A stretch of 63,770 nt of DNA, counting the filler, from Nemertoderma westbladi (taxonomy: Eukaryota > Animalia > Xenacoelomorpha): the NCBI GenBank assembly GCA_032718475.1. It is 4 parts of 4 records of this genome, joined end to end, with 100 filler letters (N's around TTAATTAATTAA, not from the genome) between each part and the next. Parts side by side here need not be neighbours in the genome. Positions count along the whole stretch, not along the records: positions 15,790 to 36,968 come from JAUCBJ010004018.1; positions 37,069 to 57,697 come from JAUCBJ010002035.1; 2 more parts are not named here. One strand, given 5' to 3'. Both the position numbers and the translations under genes were made by a program. Below are positions 33,892 to 47,243 of the stretch, in pieces; the first letter of the stretch is position 1; each line of letters begins with the position of its first letter. The notes under the pieces were generated by a model. It saw only the letters and a list, made by a program, of their open reading frames with translations. It ran no database searches and was not told where the DNA came from.

Positions 33892-34645
33892 GGGATCTAA
33901 AATCCCCACAGGATCTAAAGTCTCCACGGGATCTAAAATCCCCACGGGATCTACAGTCTGAACGTGATCTAAAATCCCCACAGGATCTAAAGTATCCACG
34001 GGATCTAAAATCCCCACGGGATCTACAGTCTGAACGTGATCTAAAATCCCCACAGGATCTAAAGTCTCCACGGGATGGATCTAAAATCCCCACGGGATCT
34101 ACAGTCTGAACGTGATCTAAAATCCCCACAGGATCTAAAATCTCCACAGGATCTAAAATCCCCACGAGATCTAAAGTCTCCACGGGATCTACAGTATGAA
34201 CGTGATCTAAAATCCCCACAGGATCTAAAGTCTCCACGGGATCTAAAATCCCCACGGGATCTACAGTCTGAACGTGATCTAAAATCCCCACAGGATCTAA
34301 AGTCTCCACGGGATCTACAGTCTGAACGTGATCTAAAATCCCCACAGGATCTAAAGTCTCCACGGGATCTAAAATCCCCAGGGGATCTAAAATCCCCACG
34401 GGATCTAAAAACCCACGGGATCTAAAGTCTCCACGGGATCTAAAGTCTCCACGGGATCTAAAGTCTCCACGGGATCTAAAGTCTCCACGGGATCTAAAAT
34501 CCCCACAGGATCTAAAGTCTCCACGGGATCTAAAGTCTCCACGGGATCTAAAGTCTCCACGGGATCTAAAGTCTCCACGGGATCTAAAATCCCCACAGGA
34601 TCTAAAGTCTCCACGGGATCTAAAGTCTCCACGGGATCTAAAGTC
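33892..34645. repeat. 18-bp minisatellite (about 42 units, three interleaved variants)
   Basis: GGGATCTAAAATCCCCAC, AGGATCTAAAGTCTCCAC and GGGATCTACAGTCTGAAC variants. Confidence 0.95.
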
Positions 34646-34984
34646 ACACAGGCAGGATTCTAAAGTTTATGTTTTAATTACTCTAAAGTTGCGCAAAAGT
34701 TGTACCTAAAGTCCCGAGACCCCGAAATGAATCTGTCTGTTGACTATCGTTTATTGATTTGGTTAGATTAATGTATCACATGTAACCTGCTCCATTTCCT
34801 TCATTCATAATTAACATCAAAAATTCGCTGAGACGAGATGTTAATTCAACAAGATAGATCTGCAATATATTCCTGATGGGGAAGTTTGTGAAATGTGGGG
34901 CGAGCCACGAAGCTGGCGGTGGCGGTGCCTTAGCGAATTGACACTGTGGGGGGGGGGGGGGGGGGGGGGTCATTAATGGTTGTT

Positions 34985-35400
34985 GTCGTCATCGTCGTCT
35001 GCGTTACTATTTTGACATGCTAATACATTTGACGGATTTAAAGCTGGACTTAAATCATCAATAAGACCAACATTTGAGATTTTTCGGAGACTTTCACACA
35101 CCATTAGTTCAACAGTCTCCCACTAGAGGGATACATATTCTAAATCTAAATCATATATCTAAATATTAAATATCCTCCCATTTTTGGCTTTTATTCCGTT
35201 CAAGCTGGAACTATTTTTGTACTAGACTGTACGCGAATGTATGCAAGTCATTTCCTTGATGTTATTCTGTTTAAGTTGAATCTTGGAATATATTTACCAG
35301 ACCAGGTGCTGCGTTGTTTTTGAGGAATGTTATTCATTGCAGTTCTACAGTCTGCCGCTAGTGGGCGAAATATCCGAAAGTGAAAATCTTCCACAGTTTC
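34985..35400 (+). mobile_element. Dispersed repeat with CTCF-like motifs; homologous to about 50470-50910
   Basis: Shared ATTTTGACATGCTAATA, TTGAGATTTTT and AGTTCAA.AGTCT.CC.CTAGAGGG. Motifs at 35120 and 35338-35367. Confidence 0.7.
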
Positions 35401-35904
35401 CTTGATTTTAATCCGTTTAAGCTGAAACTGGCATCGTGTGTTTGGTGCCTTTCGAGACGTAGCCCCATTTTTGAACTTTTCAAGTATATGAGATACTCGA
35501 GATAATATTTTGAAGGTTTAAATCCTGCTTTTGGGTTTGGCATTATATTTTTGGTCGTTTTTGAAAAGTGCGCGTAATAAATGAAATTACTATGAATTTG
35601 TTATACCATCCATATAATTCTCTGTATACGATTCGGAATTTGGATGGCAATAATTCAATAATATTAATTATCAATGAAGTGATTGGAAACAATAAAAATA
35701 AAGGGGTATCAAAGGGTGGCTATTGGTTTTTCAATTAATAAGTTATTAATTATATTAGCTTATAACCTGTACAGATATACTAATTTACTAATTCGTTTAT
35801 TGTTTTGGTTAGATTCAGCCCTTTTGTAACCTAGGTTTTCATGGTCCCAAAAATTGTTTATGTTACAACAGACTGCTACATAAATAACTTGTATGTAATG
35901 TTGT

Positions 35905-36047
35905 TAGATAGATAGATAGATTTATTTATACATTATGTAAAAACAATAACAAATACACCAAACAATGTACCGGTATAAAGGTATTGTCCAACATAACATA
36001 TAGGATTACCCCTAAAGCTTTGCAGCTTATTTCCAAGGGGGTCCTTT
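35905..36047 (-). mobile_element. Possible LINE (L2/CR1 group) 3' end with (TCTA)n tail
   Basis: The minus strand reads GGACCCCC..AAGC..GCTT..GGGGTAATCC (stem-loop), then AATAAA and (TCTA)n. Confidence 0.35.
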
Positions 36048-36968
36048 ATGTTACTTAGTTACAAATACAATATTACACTACGCTAACCTAAAACCAATAT
36101 AAAACGTATTTACACTATGTACATGTACAACTTTACCAAGAGCGTGACAATGCCCGACTCAACGATAAAGATGTAATGTACAGAACAATTTATTATAAAA
36201 CGTAATTACAGTATAAATCTCAAATAATTAATAAACTAATAACTTACTGATTAGTTTATTTTTAGTTTATTAGTTTATTTGTTGGTTGTAATGTACAGGT
36301 ACCGCCTCACTGTAGCCTACTGACTGTCTAGAAGATTACCGGTAATATAAGGTAGTACTTCTGTTTGATGTGAATGTCTTTGAAAAGTCAAAAGTGCTCA
36401 ACGAGTCTCCGTAATGCGTGATTGTTTATGGCCAATCGCCGCCAATCAAAGGGGTTTTGATTTTTGTGTATTAATGTTGTGTTTATTATTATACGATGAT
36501 ATAATATAATACTGTTGTCTTCGCACTTTGGAAGCACTCATTACGATTATTCCTACACGTCTTTCAGTCAGTCACCCTAGCAGAGTCCAACAGTTGTTGT
36601 TGCAGTTCCACTTGGTAAAGTTTAAAATGCCTGTTTAATATTTTGGAGCAGGAACGAAACATTCTCTCTCAATCAAACTTTGGATATACTCAGTATTTCA
36701 ACCAATCACAATGCCTCCTTATTTCTTGTTGGATTTTGCAACTGAAAGGGAAGATATCTGTAACCATGGGCAACAGCGCAGCCCAGTAGTTAGTTGTTAA
36801 TGCTCCCCGTTCAAAGGCTGCTTGCTGGCACCACAGCATATGGGCTGTTCTGGCAAACACTATTCCTTGTATAGAATAGGCAGCTTTACAGTTGACCCAA
36901 CCAATCACACGTCAGCACGGATAGGCCTCAACCTCCCATCAACTAATGCTAACTTGAGGTGAATGTTA

Positions 36969-37068
36969 NNNNNNNNNNNNNNNNNNNNNNNNNNNNNNNN
37001 NNNNNNNNNNNNTTAATTAATTAANNNNNNNNNNNNNNNNNNNNNNNNNNNNNNNNNNNNNNNNNNNN
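36969..37068. other. Artificial contig spacer
   Basis: N44-TTAATTAATTAA-N44. Confidence 0.97.
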
Positions 37069-37565
37069 CTAGCTTTGCATAATGTCACCATAGCAACAAC
37101 CACGCTAGAATTAGAATTGAATTAAAAGAACAATAGAAAGCTTGTCCCATTGAATAGCATAGGGAATAAATAGTGCACTGATAGTATCCAAGGATACATA
37201 ATAATACAGTGACATTCTGGAAGGCATTGACTAACGGACAAGTGACCCGAGTGTGTGTAATTTGTGACAAGTTGTGTGTGTGGTATTTGTGAGTTTATAG
37301 GTGAATGTTACTGCTAAGGTGTGTTTACAGTAGCTAGTCGCAATCGTAAAAGTAACCTAACTCTCCAAGGAAAACCTGAAGTACATCTAAGTCTTTGGGA
37401 CGGACAGTCGAGTGACTTGTGCCGGTTGTCGTTGTCGTTGTGCGGCTACGTCGTTGGCGAAAGTACAGCGGCGACGACACATCGGCGCTGAGGATCTCGT
37501 ACTGTCCGGGGGTTGATTGGGATAGGCAGCGACGCCCGCTCGCCTAAATATAAACTCATTATAAT

Positions 37566-37895
37566 ATGGATAAACTCATATATAGCAGATATGACGGAGT
37601 TGATAGAAGATGGTCTTGGTATCGGGGAGCGATATACTCTACTTTACAAGCGTTTGTTGATAGCTTAATACGCGGCGACGTTAGTCCAACTGCTGCGGAG
37701 GACGATGGTCGTTATATCGAACCGACAATGTCCCAAGTGCAGCTCTCGCGCGAGTTGGACTATAGAAAATTCGCTGCTCGATATACGCAGCGTAATGGTA
37801 CGTATATGGTCTTCTTAACTACTGGTCATCCTATCGATTTACACAATACGGACTATGTCGACTATATATCCTGCCCAGCGGAGTCGGAACCATAA
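37566..37895 (+). CDS. Unassigned 109-aa ORF at the head of a CpG-rich, decayed coding-like block
   Basis: ATG preceded by TATAAA (37549) and protein-like composition. No recognised motif. Confidence 0.25.
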   Translation: MDKLIYSRYDGVDRRWSWYRGAIYSTLQAFVDSLIRGDVSPTAAEDDGRYIEPTMSQVQLSRELDYRKFAARYTQRNGTYMVFLTTGHPIDLHNTDYVDYISCPAESEP

Positions 37896-40809
37896 ACTGA
37901 AATTCGAATGCGAAAATTCTATTCGAAATCGGCTCAAAAGAAAAGACACTAAAGAAACAAATGGACGCGGTAACTCCAAAGTATATTTGGAATTCTTGAT
38001 AGAAGCATTGTAACAACAAATAAATATCACCCGCGTTTACCCTACCAGACGTGCGTCTTTGGTATTATTACGATAAACGCCCTAGACCCAAATAATAAAC
38101 GGAAAGACATAAACATCCATGTAAACCGAAACTTGTTGACGTATCACCTATGCTCACTCGGCTCGAACGATCCTGGAGTAAACCTACGATCAGAGTCCCG
38201 GAATACTCGGTCAAACCTCCTCATTCCTTAGTTGGAGCTCAGACCTGCGATCCTGGTGGTGTCGCGGATCCTCGCGGACGGTATTCACTGTTCAAGATCT
38301 AGTGCTACCCTAACAATTAATCGGTAACACTCCGACAGTGATTTCTAGCTAGCCGCCCATCTTACCTAGCTGGATTATGACGCAGACACCTAATATCATT
38401 ATCCAACCGTATGGTCGTCCCGTTTAACGCGATACAACCCTTCATCAAGGTGAAGGAGAGCGTTGTACGAAACGAGTTAAACGCTATTCTATAAAGATCA
38501 AAAAGGAAACCTGCGTTTGTTCAGATAAACGTAAGTTATAACAGTAAGTCCAATCGATAAACGAATTGGCCTTATCTCAATTCGATTGGGAAATCCAGAA
38601 TCTCTAAGAAGTTATCGAACTTGGACGATCCTATTCTCTGCGAGAGTTTTTGGATGAACGTATCCAGCTACGAGCGGAGGAAAATCAGCTCGAGGAGAAG
38701 CATATCGAAACGGCAGATACCTCGACCACAATCCTACACCTTCTGATGCAATCATATTGCACCCTTCACCCAGGAGTTATGGCCCTCCTAGTAAAGTGGC
38801 TCCCCCCAAAGAGAAAAAGACTCTTGCTAGCCTCAAAAAACTGCGTAAACGCCGTCTGCGTAAGAAAGACTAACTGTTTAGAGTATCTTTATGTTTTAGA
38901 AACTGTGATTTTTATATTTTATAGACTGAAAATCCCATTTTCTGGGAGCGGTGTAAAAGCTTTTACTGAATTGTCCGGTTATTTTTCCTTATTTTTCCCG
39001 TAAAGTACTCTGTAGTTGGTTTACCAGGCATAAAAAGGCCGTGTCCTTGCTGTACTGGTGTTTTAGCGGACATAAGAGCTATTTCTTCTGTATTTGTACT
39101 TTAGAGGACATAATCCGTAATTCCGTGACGTAAAAGCTCGATACTCTTGAAAACAGTGTCGCTACCATGACGACGGCTAGCAGCTGATATTGCCACGTCG
39201 ACGTTTCTTTGTTTCTCTGTTCTCTCGTTGTTCATGTTGACCAATCAGAGCGTTTGTGATCTCTGTGTTGGAGGTATATACAGAAACTCAGTAGTTCAGT
39301 GTTATGTTTTTGTCCAGAGCCTAAGAACCGGCTTTGGCACCTCCGTGTTTTAGTTTTTAGTCTTACACTAGTAGGTTTAATTATAAAGGGCATATATCCT
39401 TTAACGCACCTACCTGACTCATGGAATCACTGCATACTGATGACTGATGTCTGCATACTGCAGTACTGCATACACTGCATACTGTGTAACATTGTGCATA
39501 CCTTTATATTGTTATACTGCTATTTGCCGTCAGTTCTTCATAATATGGTTGATGAATAATTATATTTGGAATAACGATAAACAACCCCGAAACCCAATAT
39601 TCTTGATATACCTAAGGTAAGAGAGAAGGGTTACAGATAAACGATTGTGACTTATGTTAAAGTGGTATGAAGTGAATCTAATGTTATTTGATAGACCCTA
39701 CATGATTCAGTCTGTGTTCCTTTTATATGTGACTAAAATCAGTGAAGATTGGCAGATTAGTGTGCAGTATTGTGCAGCATTGTGTATGAGTGAGTCTGTT
39801 AAAGAAGCAATTCCTAAAGAATGCGCCATATATGTGAATTATAATTAAGCCATATCGTTGTGAGTAGTTTAAGTCATAACTCTGTTTATATAGATAAAGC
39901 GCCACGTCCTAAAGGAACTGTTAATATTCCCGAAGGTGAATAGTATTGTCAGAGATTATATAATACTGTCAGTCGAATAATACATTAGGCTTACATAGCA
40001 ATAAAATTAAACCGTCGAACCCAATCTCCCGGGAATATCCAGCGGGTGAATGGTCGCGCACGGATTGGTTTCGACTAGTGTAGTGAATCAAATACTTGTC
40101 ATAGACTAAAAACCGATTTAATATCTAGAAGACATCTTAATTTGGTGGGTTAAACTGCCAAAGGTCTGAAAGCGCGAACATCATACATACACATTTCACT
40201 GGTGTGTTTAAGTTTTTGTCCAATCACGACCCGGTCCCCAGTGTGATTGAGCACATTTCAGGTAGAGTTTACACAATCATTAACTCTACCAAATGTTAAA
40301 CATTAAACAATGTGCTGCCGTGTCAAACGATATGTGATTGGATAACAAATAATGTTCTGGAATATTCTTGAGAAATAGAAAGGGTTCAATGGGCAGCCAT
40401 AATCTTAAAATCCTTGTATTCGTAACTAACTCTGCAATATGATTTTGATGTGAGGAAACAATACGTAGATTTCCTTTTTGCTACCAATTTTAACTAAATA
40501 TTTTAATATTTTTATTGCTATTTGTGATAATAATCAAAATAACCAATGAACTTGAAATAAATAATTAACTAAACCTGAGATACATTCATTTAATTTCGCA
40601 GCATAGTGCCTAATAATTGTAGGTATATTATTGACTACATGATGTTTGTAACATTATTACAGTCAGATAATATAGTTAAATGCTTTAATTCTGAATTAGT
40701 TAATATATAAGAAGAAAACAATACATGTATTATTTCGTTTCAAAAATTTATATTTTAATAAGCGATTCATTTATTTCGTACTGAATATGGAGAAAAAATG
40801 ATGTTGATG

Positions 40810-40905
40810 TAGATTTCATTTTAGCTACCAATTCATTCCGGGGACGTCCCCGGATTGTTAATCGTCCCCGGTTTGTCGTTGTGTATTCATGCAATTGTCC
40901 CCGGT
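40810..40905 (+). repeat. Dispersed repeat with palindrome CCGGGGACGTCCCCGG; second copy at about 45706-45800
   Basis: Two copies nearly identical over about 95 bp, with repeated GTCCCC(GG) modules. Confidence 0.8.
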
Positions 40906-41812
40906 ATGAATCAGGTACAACGTAATCCTGTGTAATCCGTATCCGTATGTAATGTATATTTTTGAATACATATGATTGCATGAACATATCAAGTAGGATA
41001 GGGTACTAAGCAAGTTAAATTCTTTAGTACTAAATACATAAGAATGAAAACATACGATACGTTTATTACGATACGATTATTTTAAGGCCCCGGTAGCGCT
41101 ACATGGCCATAATTTTTATATTGCTTTGTTAGAGCAACTTCTCATTGTCAGAAACGACAATAACTTTGTATGAAGGTCAATGGAAGATTTGTAATTATGA
41201 ATGAAAATGAAAAATTCTAATTCAAATTTTTCAAAAATTTGGAAAAATATTGACAAATTTTTGGATAAAGATCCAAAAACCTTCAGCAGATTCAATTTTG
41301 AGTATTTTTCTTTCTAATTTTACAAATCGCATCAAAAATGTTTGTATGCTCTTTCGATATCTCGAAGCAAAATTTCGAAAATTAATTAGCAATTGTCATT
41401 TTGGTGCTGTTTTTGGTTTTGTTTATTGTTTAATTTTGACAAATTAAAAATTATCAATTTTATATTCAATTTTGGCCATTTATTTCCATAATGGAATAAA
41501 ACAATCAGAATTCGAGGTGGAGATATCTGAAGAGAGCACATCAGAGAACCCCTCTGAGCAAAATTTTTGAAAATTTATTGAAAATTGAATTGTCTGAAGC
41601 TATTTTTATGCAAAAAAATACCATTCCGAGATAATTGCCTTTAAAATTTGAACCTTCCCGCGTCAAAATTGTCTGTTAATATGTGAGAAAGTCTGTCAAT
41701 ATATATCTATCAACAAGAAAGCATAAAACCATGCTAAGAATTTTGCTATGGGGGTTTTCCTGATCGCTGATTTCATTTTTGAGGTCAGTTTTCAATTTTA
41801 ATGAAATCTAGT

Positions 41813-42965
41813 TTGTGAGTGGGGCAGGGTTGTCGGAGGTTGAAGGAGTGGGTGGGGCAGGGTTGTCGGAGGTTGAAGGAGTGGGTGGGGCAGGGTTGTC
41901 GGAGGTTGAAGGAGTGGGTGGGGCAGGGTTGTCGGAGTTTAAAAGAGTGAGTGGGGCCGGGTTGTCGGAGGTTGAAGGTGTGGATGGGGCAGGGTCATTA
42001 GAGTTTAAAGGAGGGGGTGGTGCAGGGTCGTCGGAGTTTAAAGGAGTGAGTGGGGCAGGGTTGTCGGAGTTTAAAGGAGTGAGTGGGGCTGGGTCGTTGG
42101 AGTTTAAAAGAGGGAGTGGGGCCGGGTTGTCGGAGGTTGAAGGAGTGGGTGGGGCAGGGTCGTTGAAGGTTGAAGGAGTGGGTGGGGCAGGGTCATTGGA
42201 GTTTAAAGGAGTGGATGGGGCAGGGTCGTTGGAGGTTGAAGGAGTGGGTGGGGCAGGGTCGTTGAAGGTTGAAGGAGTGGGTGGCACAGGGTCGTTGAAG
42301 GTTGAAGGAGTGGGTGGGCAGGGTCATTGGAGTTTAAAGGAGTGGGTGGGGCAGGGTCGTTGGAGGTTGAAGGAGTGGGTGGGGCAGGGTTGTCGGAGGT
42401 TGAAGGAGTGGGTGGGGCTGGGTCGTCGGAGTTTAAAGGAGTGGGTGGGGCAGGGTCATTGGAGTTTAAAGGAGTGGGTGGGGCAGGGTCGTTGGAGGTT
42501 GAAGGAGTGGGTGGGGCAGGGTTGTCGGAGGTTGAAGGAGTGGGTGGGGCTGGGTTGTCGGAGTTTAAAGGAGTGAGTGGGGTTGGGTTATCGGAGGTCG
42601 AAGGAGTGGGTGAGGCAGGCTCGTTGGAGGTTGAAGGAGTGGGTGGGGCAGTGTCGTTGGAAGTTGAAGGAGTGGGTGGGGTAGGGTCATTGGAGTTTAA
42701 AGGAGTGAGTAGGACAGGGTTGTCGGAGTTTAAAGGAGTGGATGGGGCAGGGTCATTGGAGTTTAAAGGAGTGGCTGGGGCAGGGTTGTCGGATGTCGAA
42801 GGAGTGAGTGGGGCAGGGTCGTCTGAGTTTAAAGGTGTGAGAGGGGCAGGGTTGTCGGATGTTGAAGGAGTGGGTGAGGCAGGGTTGTCCGAGGTTGAAG
42901 GAGTGGGTGGGACGAGGTCGTTGGATGTTGAAGGAGTGGGTGGGGCAGGGTCGTTGGAGGAGGTT
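41813..42965. repeat. G-rich 33-bp minisatellite, about 35 diverged copies
   Basis: Unit GGGGCAGGGTTGTCGGAGGTTGAAGGAGTGGGT. The minus strand reads PAPPTPSTSDN repeats, with one frameshift near 42317. Confidence 0.93.
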
Positions 42966-42989
42966 AGGGTTTGGGGGCAAGGTTAACTG

Positions 42990-44945
42990 CGTCTGTTGTT
43001 GTTATTACCTCTACAAGACAAGGCGCAGAAAGAGTCCCGACTCAAACAGACTACAGCGGCCAATAATGCAGTTAAGGTTGCTAGGCAGTACTAGCAGTGA
43101 ACAGGCAGTACTATGTTAATTTACAGGAGCTAATAAACCAACAGGTTGATGCCATCAATGATGCTGACGACAGCAGGCAATCATCCCAGGCATGGAGATC
43201 GATCAACTTGCTTGCTGGTCGAAATAGCCAACCAACCACCAAGGTTAAGGCTGAATCACCAGCCGATCGCCTCAATGGTTGGAAAGCCCACTTTGAAAAG
43301 CTCCTCAATAATGACAGGGTATTGCCTGATAACTTTATAGAAGTAAAAGTGTCTGAGTCTGTACTACCAGATATTCCCATTGGCGATATCTCCTTTGCAG
43401 AATTGAAGGCTGCTGCAAAGAGCATTAAGACCAATCATGCCAGTGGAGTAGATGGTGTCCCCCCCGAGGTCTTTAACATACCCGAGTGTTTAAAGCTCAT
43501 CTATCCCATCATAGTAGACATGTACCGAACAACAAGAGTCCCACAAGAAATGGAAACAAATAAGTTGGTGCCAGTTCCCAAGAAGGGCAACCTAACACTC
43601 TATGGTTCTTTTCGGCGAATCTCATTGATCTCGATTGCTGCAAAGCTATACAATAGAATTATATTAAATCGCATCAGGGATCCCATTGAGAGACTGCTCC
43701 GTGGAAATCAGAATGGCTTCCGTAAAGGTGGTGGGACCATGGAGCCCATTTTGGCACTTAGAAGGATAATTGAAGAGTTATCAAAAAAGAAAGAAAGGCA
43801 TCTGGCTGTTATCTTTGTTGACTTCTTCAAGGCCTTTGATTCAGTCTCTCACTCACGTATGTTCAGCATACTTTCATTTTATGGGATTCCTGATGAAATT
43901 ATTGCAGCAATCAGATCAGTATACGATGGTTCGACAACATTTGTGTCTACTGTTGACGGTGACAGAACCATTTGAAGTGTTATGGGGCGTCCTCCAGGGA
44001 GGCACACTTGCACCATTCTTGTTCATAATTGTTGTTGACTATGTTCTACGCATGTCCTTAGATCATCATAATGATGATGGGGTGATGATAACTCCACCTA
44101 CTGGCTCCATAAGTCGAGGAAATCCTGCCAAGTACCTAACTAATCTAGACTTTGCTGATGACTTAGGAGTACTCTCAGAATCACTAGAGGGAGCCCAACG
44201 GCTCCTCAGCTCATTAGAACATGCTGCTTCTAGTGTTGGTCTTTTTATTAACTCCAGAAAGACCAAAATTTTGACAGTTAACTTTGAAAGTCCTCATCAA
44301 TGCTTGAGCATGTGGATGACTTCTGTTACCTGGGATCATGGATCCGGAAGTCAGATGAGGACCTTCGAAATGTAAGGGAAAGGCATGGGCAGCCTTGAAT
44401 AGGCTTTCCAGGATTTGGAAGTCACCGAGAATTAATCGGACACTTAAGGTCCGATTATTTAGAGCAGCAGTAGTTCCAGTACTCCTCTATGGGAGTCCAT
44501 GCAGGGCTCTAACTGCTGAGGACACCAAATCTCTGGATGGCACATTCACAAGAATGCTACGCCGGGTTCATTGTGTCAAGTACAATGCACACATCTCCAA
44601 CCAGACACTATATAACATTGGAGGTGTCTCATTGGTTCCCCCAAGCTTGACACTAGAACAAAATTGCCTCCGCTTTGCAGGACATTGCTTTCGCCGTGAG
44701 GACCAGCCAGTGCATAATCTTGTACTTTGGCAGCCTCATGGAGTGAATAAGCATGGTGGACAGCCCATGACTTTCTTGAGACGCATCTTAAAGGACACTG
44801 GCCTTGAAGATGCGGATGATCTAGCAAATGTCACGGGTGATAGGGAGTTGTGGCGGTGCAATTTTGTCGATAAGCCGGCACAGCATTCTTAAAAATGCAG
44901 CTGCAATGCAGCATGCCGATCCTAGTAGTAGTAGTTATTGTTATG
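42990..44945 (+). mobile_element. 5'-truncated RTE-type LINE; reverse transcriptase pseudogene
   Basis: PVPKKGNL, QNGFRKG, FVDFFKAFDSV, GVLQGGTLAPFLF, LDFADDL, LLYGS and LRFAGHC are spread over three frames (shifts near 43965 and 44290-44390). (TAG)n-like tail near 44925. Confidence 0.93.
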
Positions 44946-45929
44946 CAAACCATGCGTTCATGGCATGACTTATTTATCCGGCATTGAGTAACTGTGACAT
45001 GGTCTGTGGTGATTCTCAAGAAGATAAAAACAATCTCTGCAATTCTGATAGTGATTCGGAAAATGTTTCTGGTAAACATGATATGGATGTATTTCCAAGT
45101 AACTGAATTTGAATTTGAGTCAGAATCCGCTTATACAATTTATAGCAAGAAAACGAAACGTAACGTTCTTAATGAATGTCCTTCATGAACCACTTTTAAT
45201 TGTATATTGCAAATGTATATCAATTTGTTTATCAGGAAAATTTGTCATAAAATTATATATTCGAACGATTCGGGCGCCATATTCTGCTTTAAAACACGAT
45301 TACTAAAGTATTTGATTTCCAAATTGGCATATTCGACATATATATTCTACTTACTTAAAATTAATCTCTACTTTTTAGGTGACAATGAATTCCTAGTCCC
45401 CATTTTGAACCATGCCACACATACTGCTGCGATTGGTCAAAATGTTAAATTAGATCACAAAATATTAATTACATTGTAGATTCCAGTCCCCACATTGAAC
45501 AACTGCACCCATACTACAACGTGTGTTTGGAATGTTATATTAACTGTATGGAAAAGGGGACACTTGAAACTATCGCATTATACTGGGGTCAGTGAAATTT
45601 TCAAAACTGAAACACAAATTTACACACGTATTTGACAGGTTTGGGTGGAACAGGGGACATCGCCGAAATGATCTGAAATTTTCAGAATCCATTAATTTTA
45701 GTACGTAGATTCCATTTTTGATATCATTTCATTCCGGGGACGTCCCCGGATTGTAGATCGTCCCCGGTTTGTCGCTGTGTATTCATGCAATTGTCCCCTG
45801 TTTGAACCAGTTCACCTACACAACTGGACAACCACACACACAACTGGACAACCACACACATACCCCAACCCCCATAAAATGAAAAATGATGTGTGTGTGG
45901 TTGTCTGGCCACTTTGGGCTTCCGTAGTA

Positions 45930-47243
45930 ACTGCAACTGTAACTGAATGGTTTTGATGATTTTTTTGATACTGTAACTATAACTGTAACTGTAATTGCGA
46001 ATTTTGAATACTGTAACTGTAACTGAAACTGTAATTACGAATTTTGAATACTGTAACTGTAACTGAAACTGAAATTAACAAAATCCGATTCAGTTCTCAA
46101 TCACACAATTAACATGAATGAGCATTTAAAACAGTATTGTAATAAAGTATAGAGTATAGTTTAATAAATGAATAACAGTGGTTACCATAGGTATCATTTT
46201 TAAAACATTGTTATAAAAAAACAATCTAATTTTTCCCACTTCTGAACAAAACCATAATATTACACAATATAAAATCAAAGACCCATTGCCCACTTAGCTC
46301 AAATGTGATTTATTTGGCGAGTCAAGTAGTGAACGAAGATCTACAGTAGCATATAGTCTATGTTTATCTGTCTCAACTATTAGACTATTATCAGCCTTAT
46401 CACCACTTTTGCTTAAAACATATTAAATGTAAATGTTTTAGATAAACAAAGAAAAGTTAGGCCTAATGGTAGAGGGATATTAATGGATGTATATTTTATA
46501 TTATTAATTACTAATGTTACCAGTACTATTAATATCACAATCACACTAGAGGCACAATGGAAATTAAATTTTGATCAAGTTTACCATTATAAATTACAAA
46601 ATTAAACTTAAAAGTGAAAGGAGCAGCTTATCGAGGTGGGTCTAACCAAAACAATAAATATATGATTACTAAAACAAATTACGAATTAAGGAAAATGAGC
46701 AGGATTCAGAAGCATGGCTTTATAACCAAAACAATAAATGATAACAGTACTGTACAAGCACTGAAACAAGATGTACAGTAAAATGTGGGTGCTTAGTGTG
46801 ATCTTGTGACGTGCCACTTTCATTACATACTATCAGTATATTTGTTACAAAATATTACCATAGAGTGGGTCCAACTTTCCTACAACAACTACCTATTAGC
46901 TCTAGAAAGAGGACGTTTCGTAATGAACATTATTATTAGCGTATATAACAGTAATATATTAAAGTGCCTCATTTTTAGTTTCAGATGACTGCTTACTACG
47001 TGAGATCATATATATTGAATCTATAACTGAAACTGTAACTGAAACTGAAATGCTCAATTTTGTAATACTGAAACTGTAACTGTAACTGAAATGTTACACT
47101 TTGTAATACTGAAACTGTAACTGTAACTGAAATGCAAAACTTTGAATACTGAATCTGTAACTGTAACTGAAAAGCAAAACTTTGAATACGTAAACTGTAA
47201 CTGTAACTGAAATTAGTCAAAATTGATTCAGTTCTCAACACTA
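45930..47243. repeat. Two copies (45930-46100, 47025-47243) of a hAT-like MITE end with internal (AACTGT)n / roughly 35-bp repeats
   Basis: Both end in GATTCAGTTCTCAA after repeated ACTGTAACTGTAACTGAA...TTTGAATAC. Confidence 0.6.
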
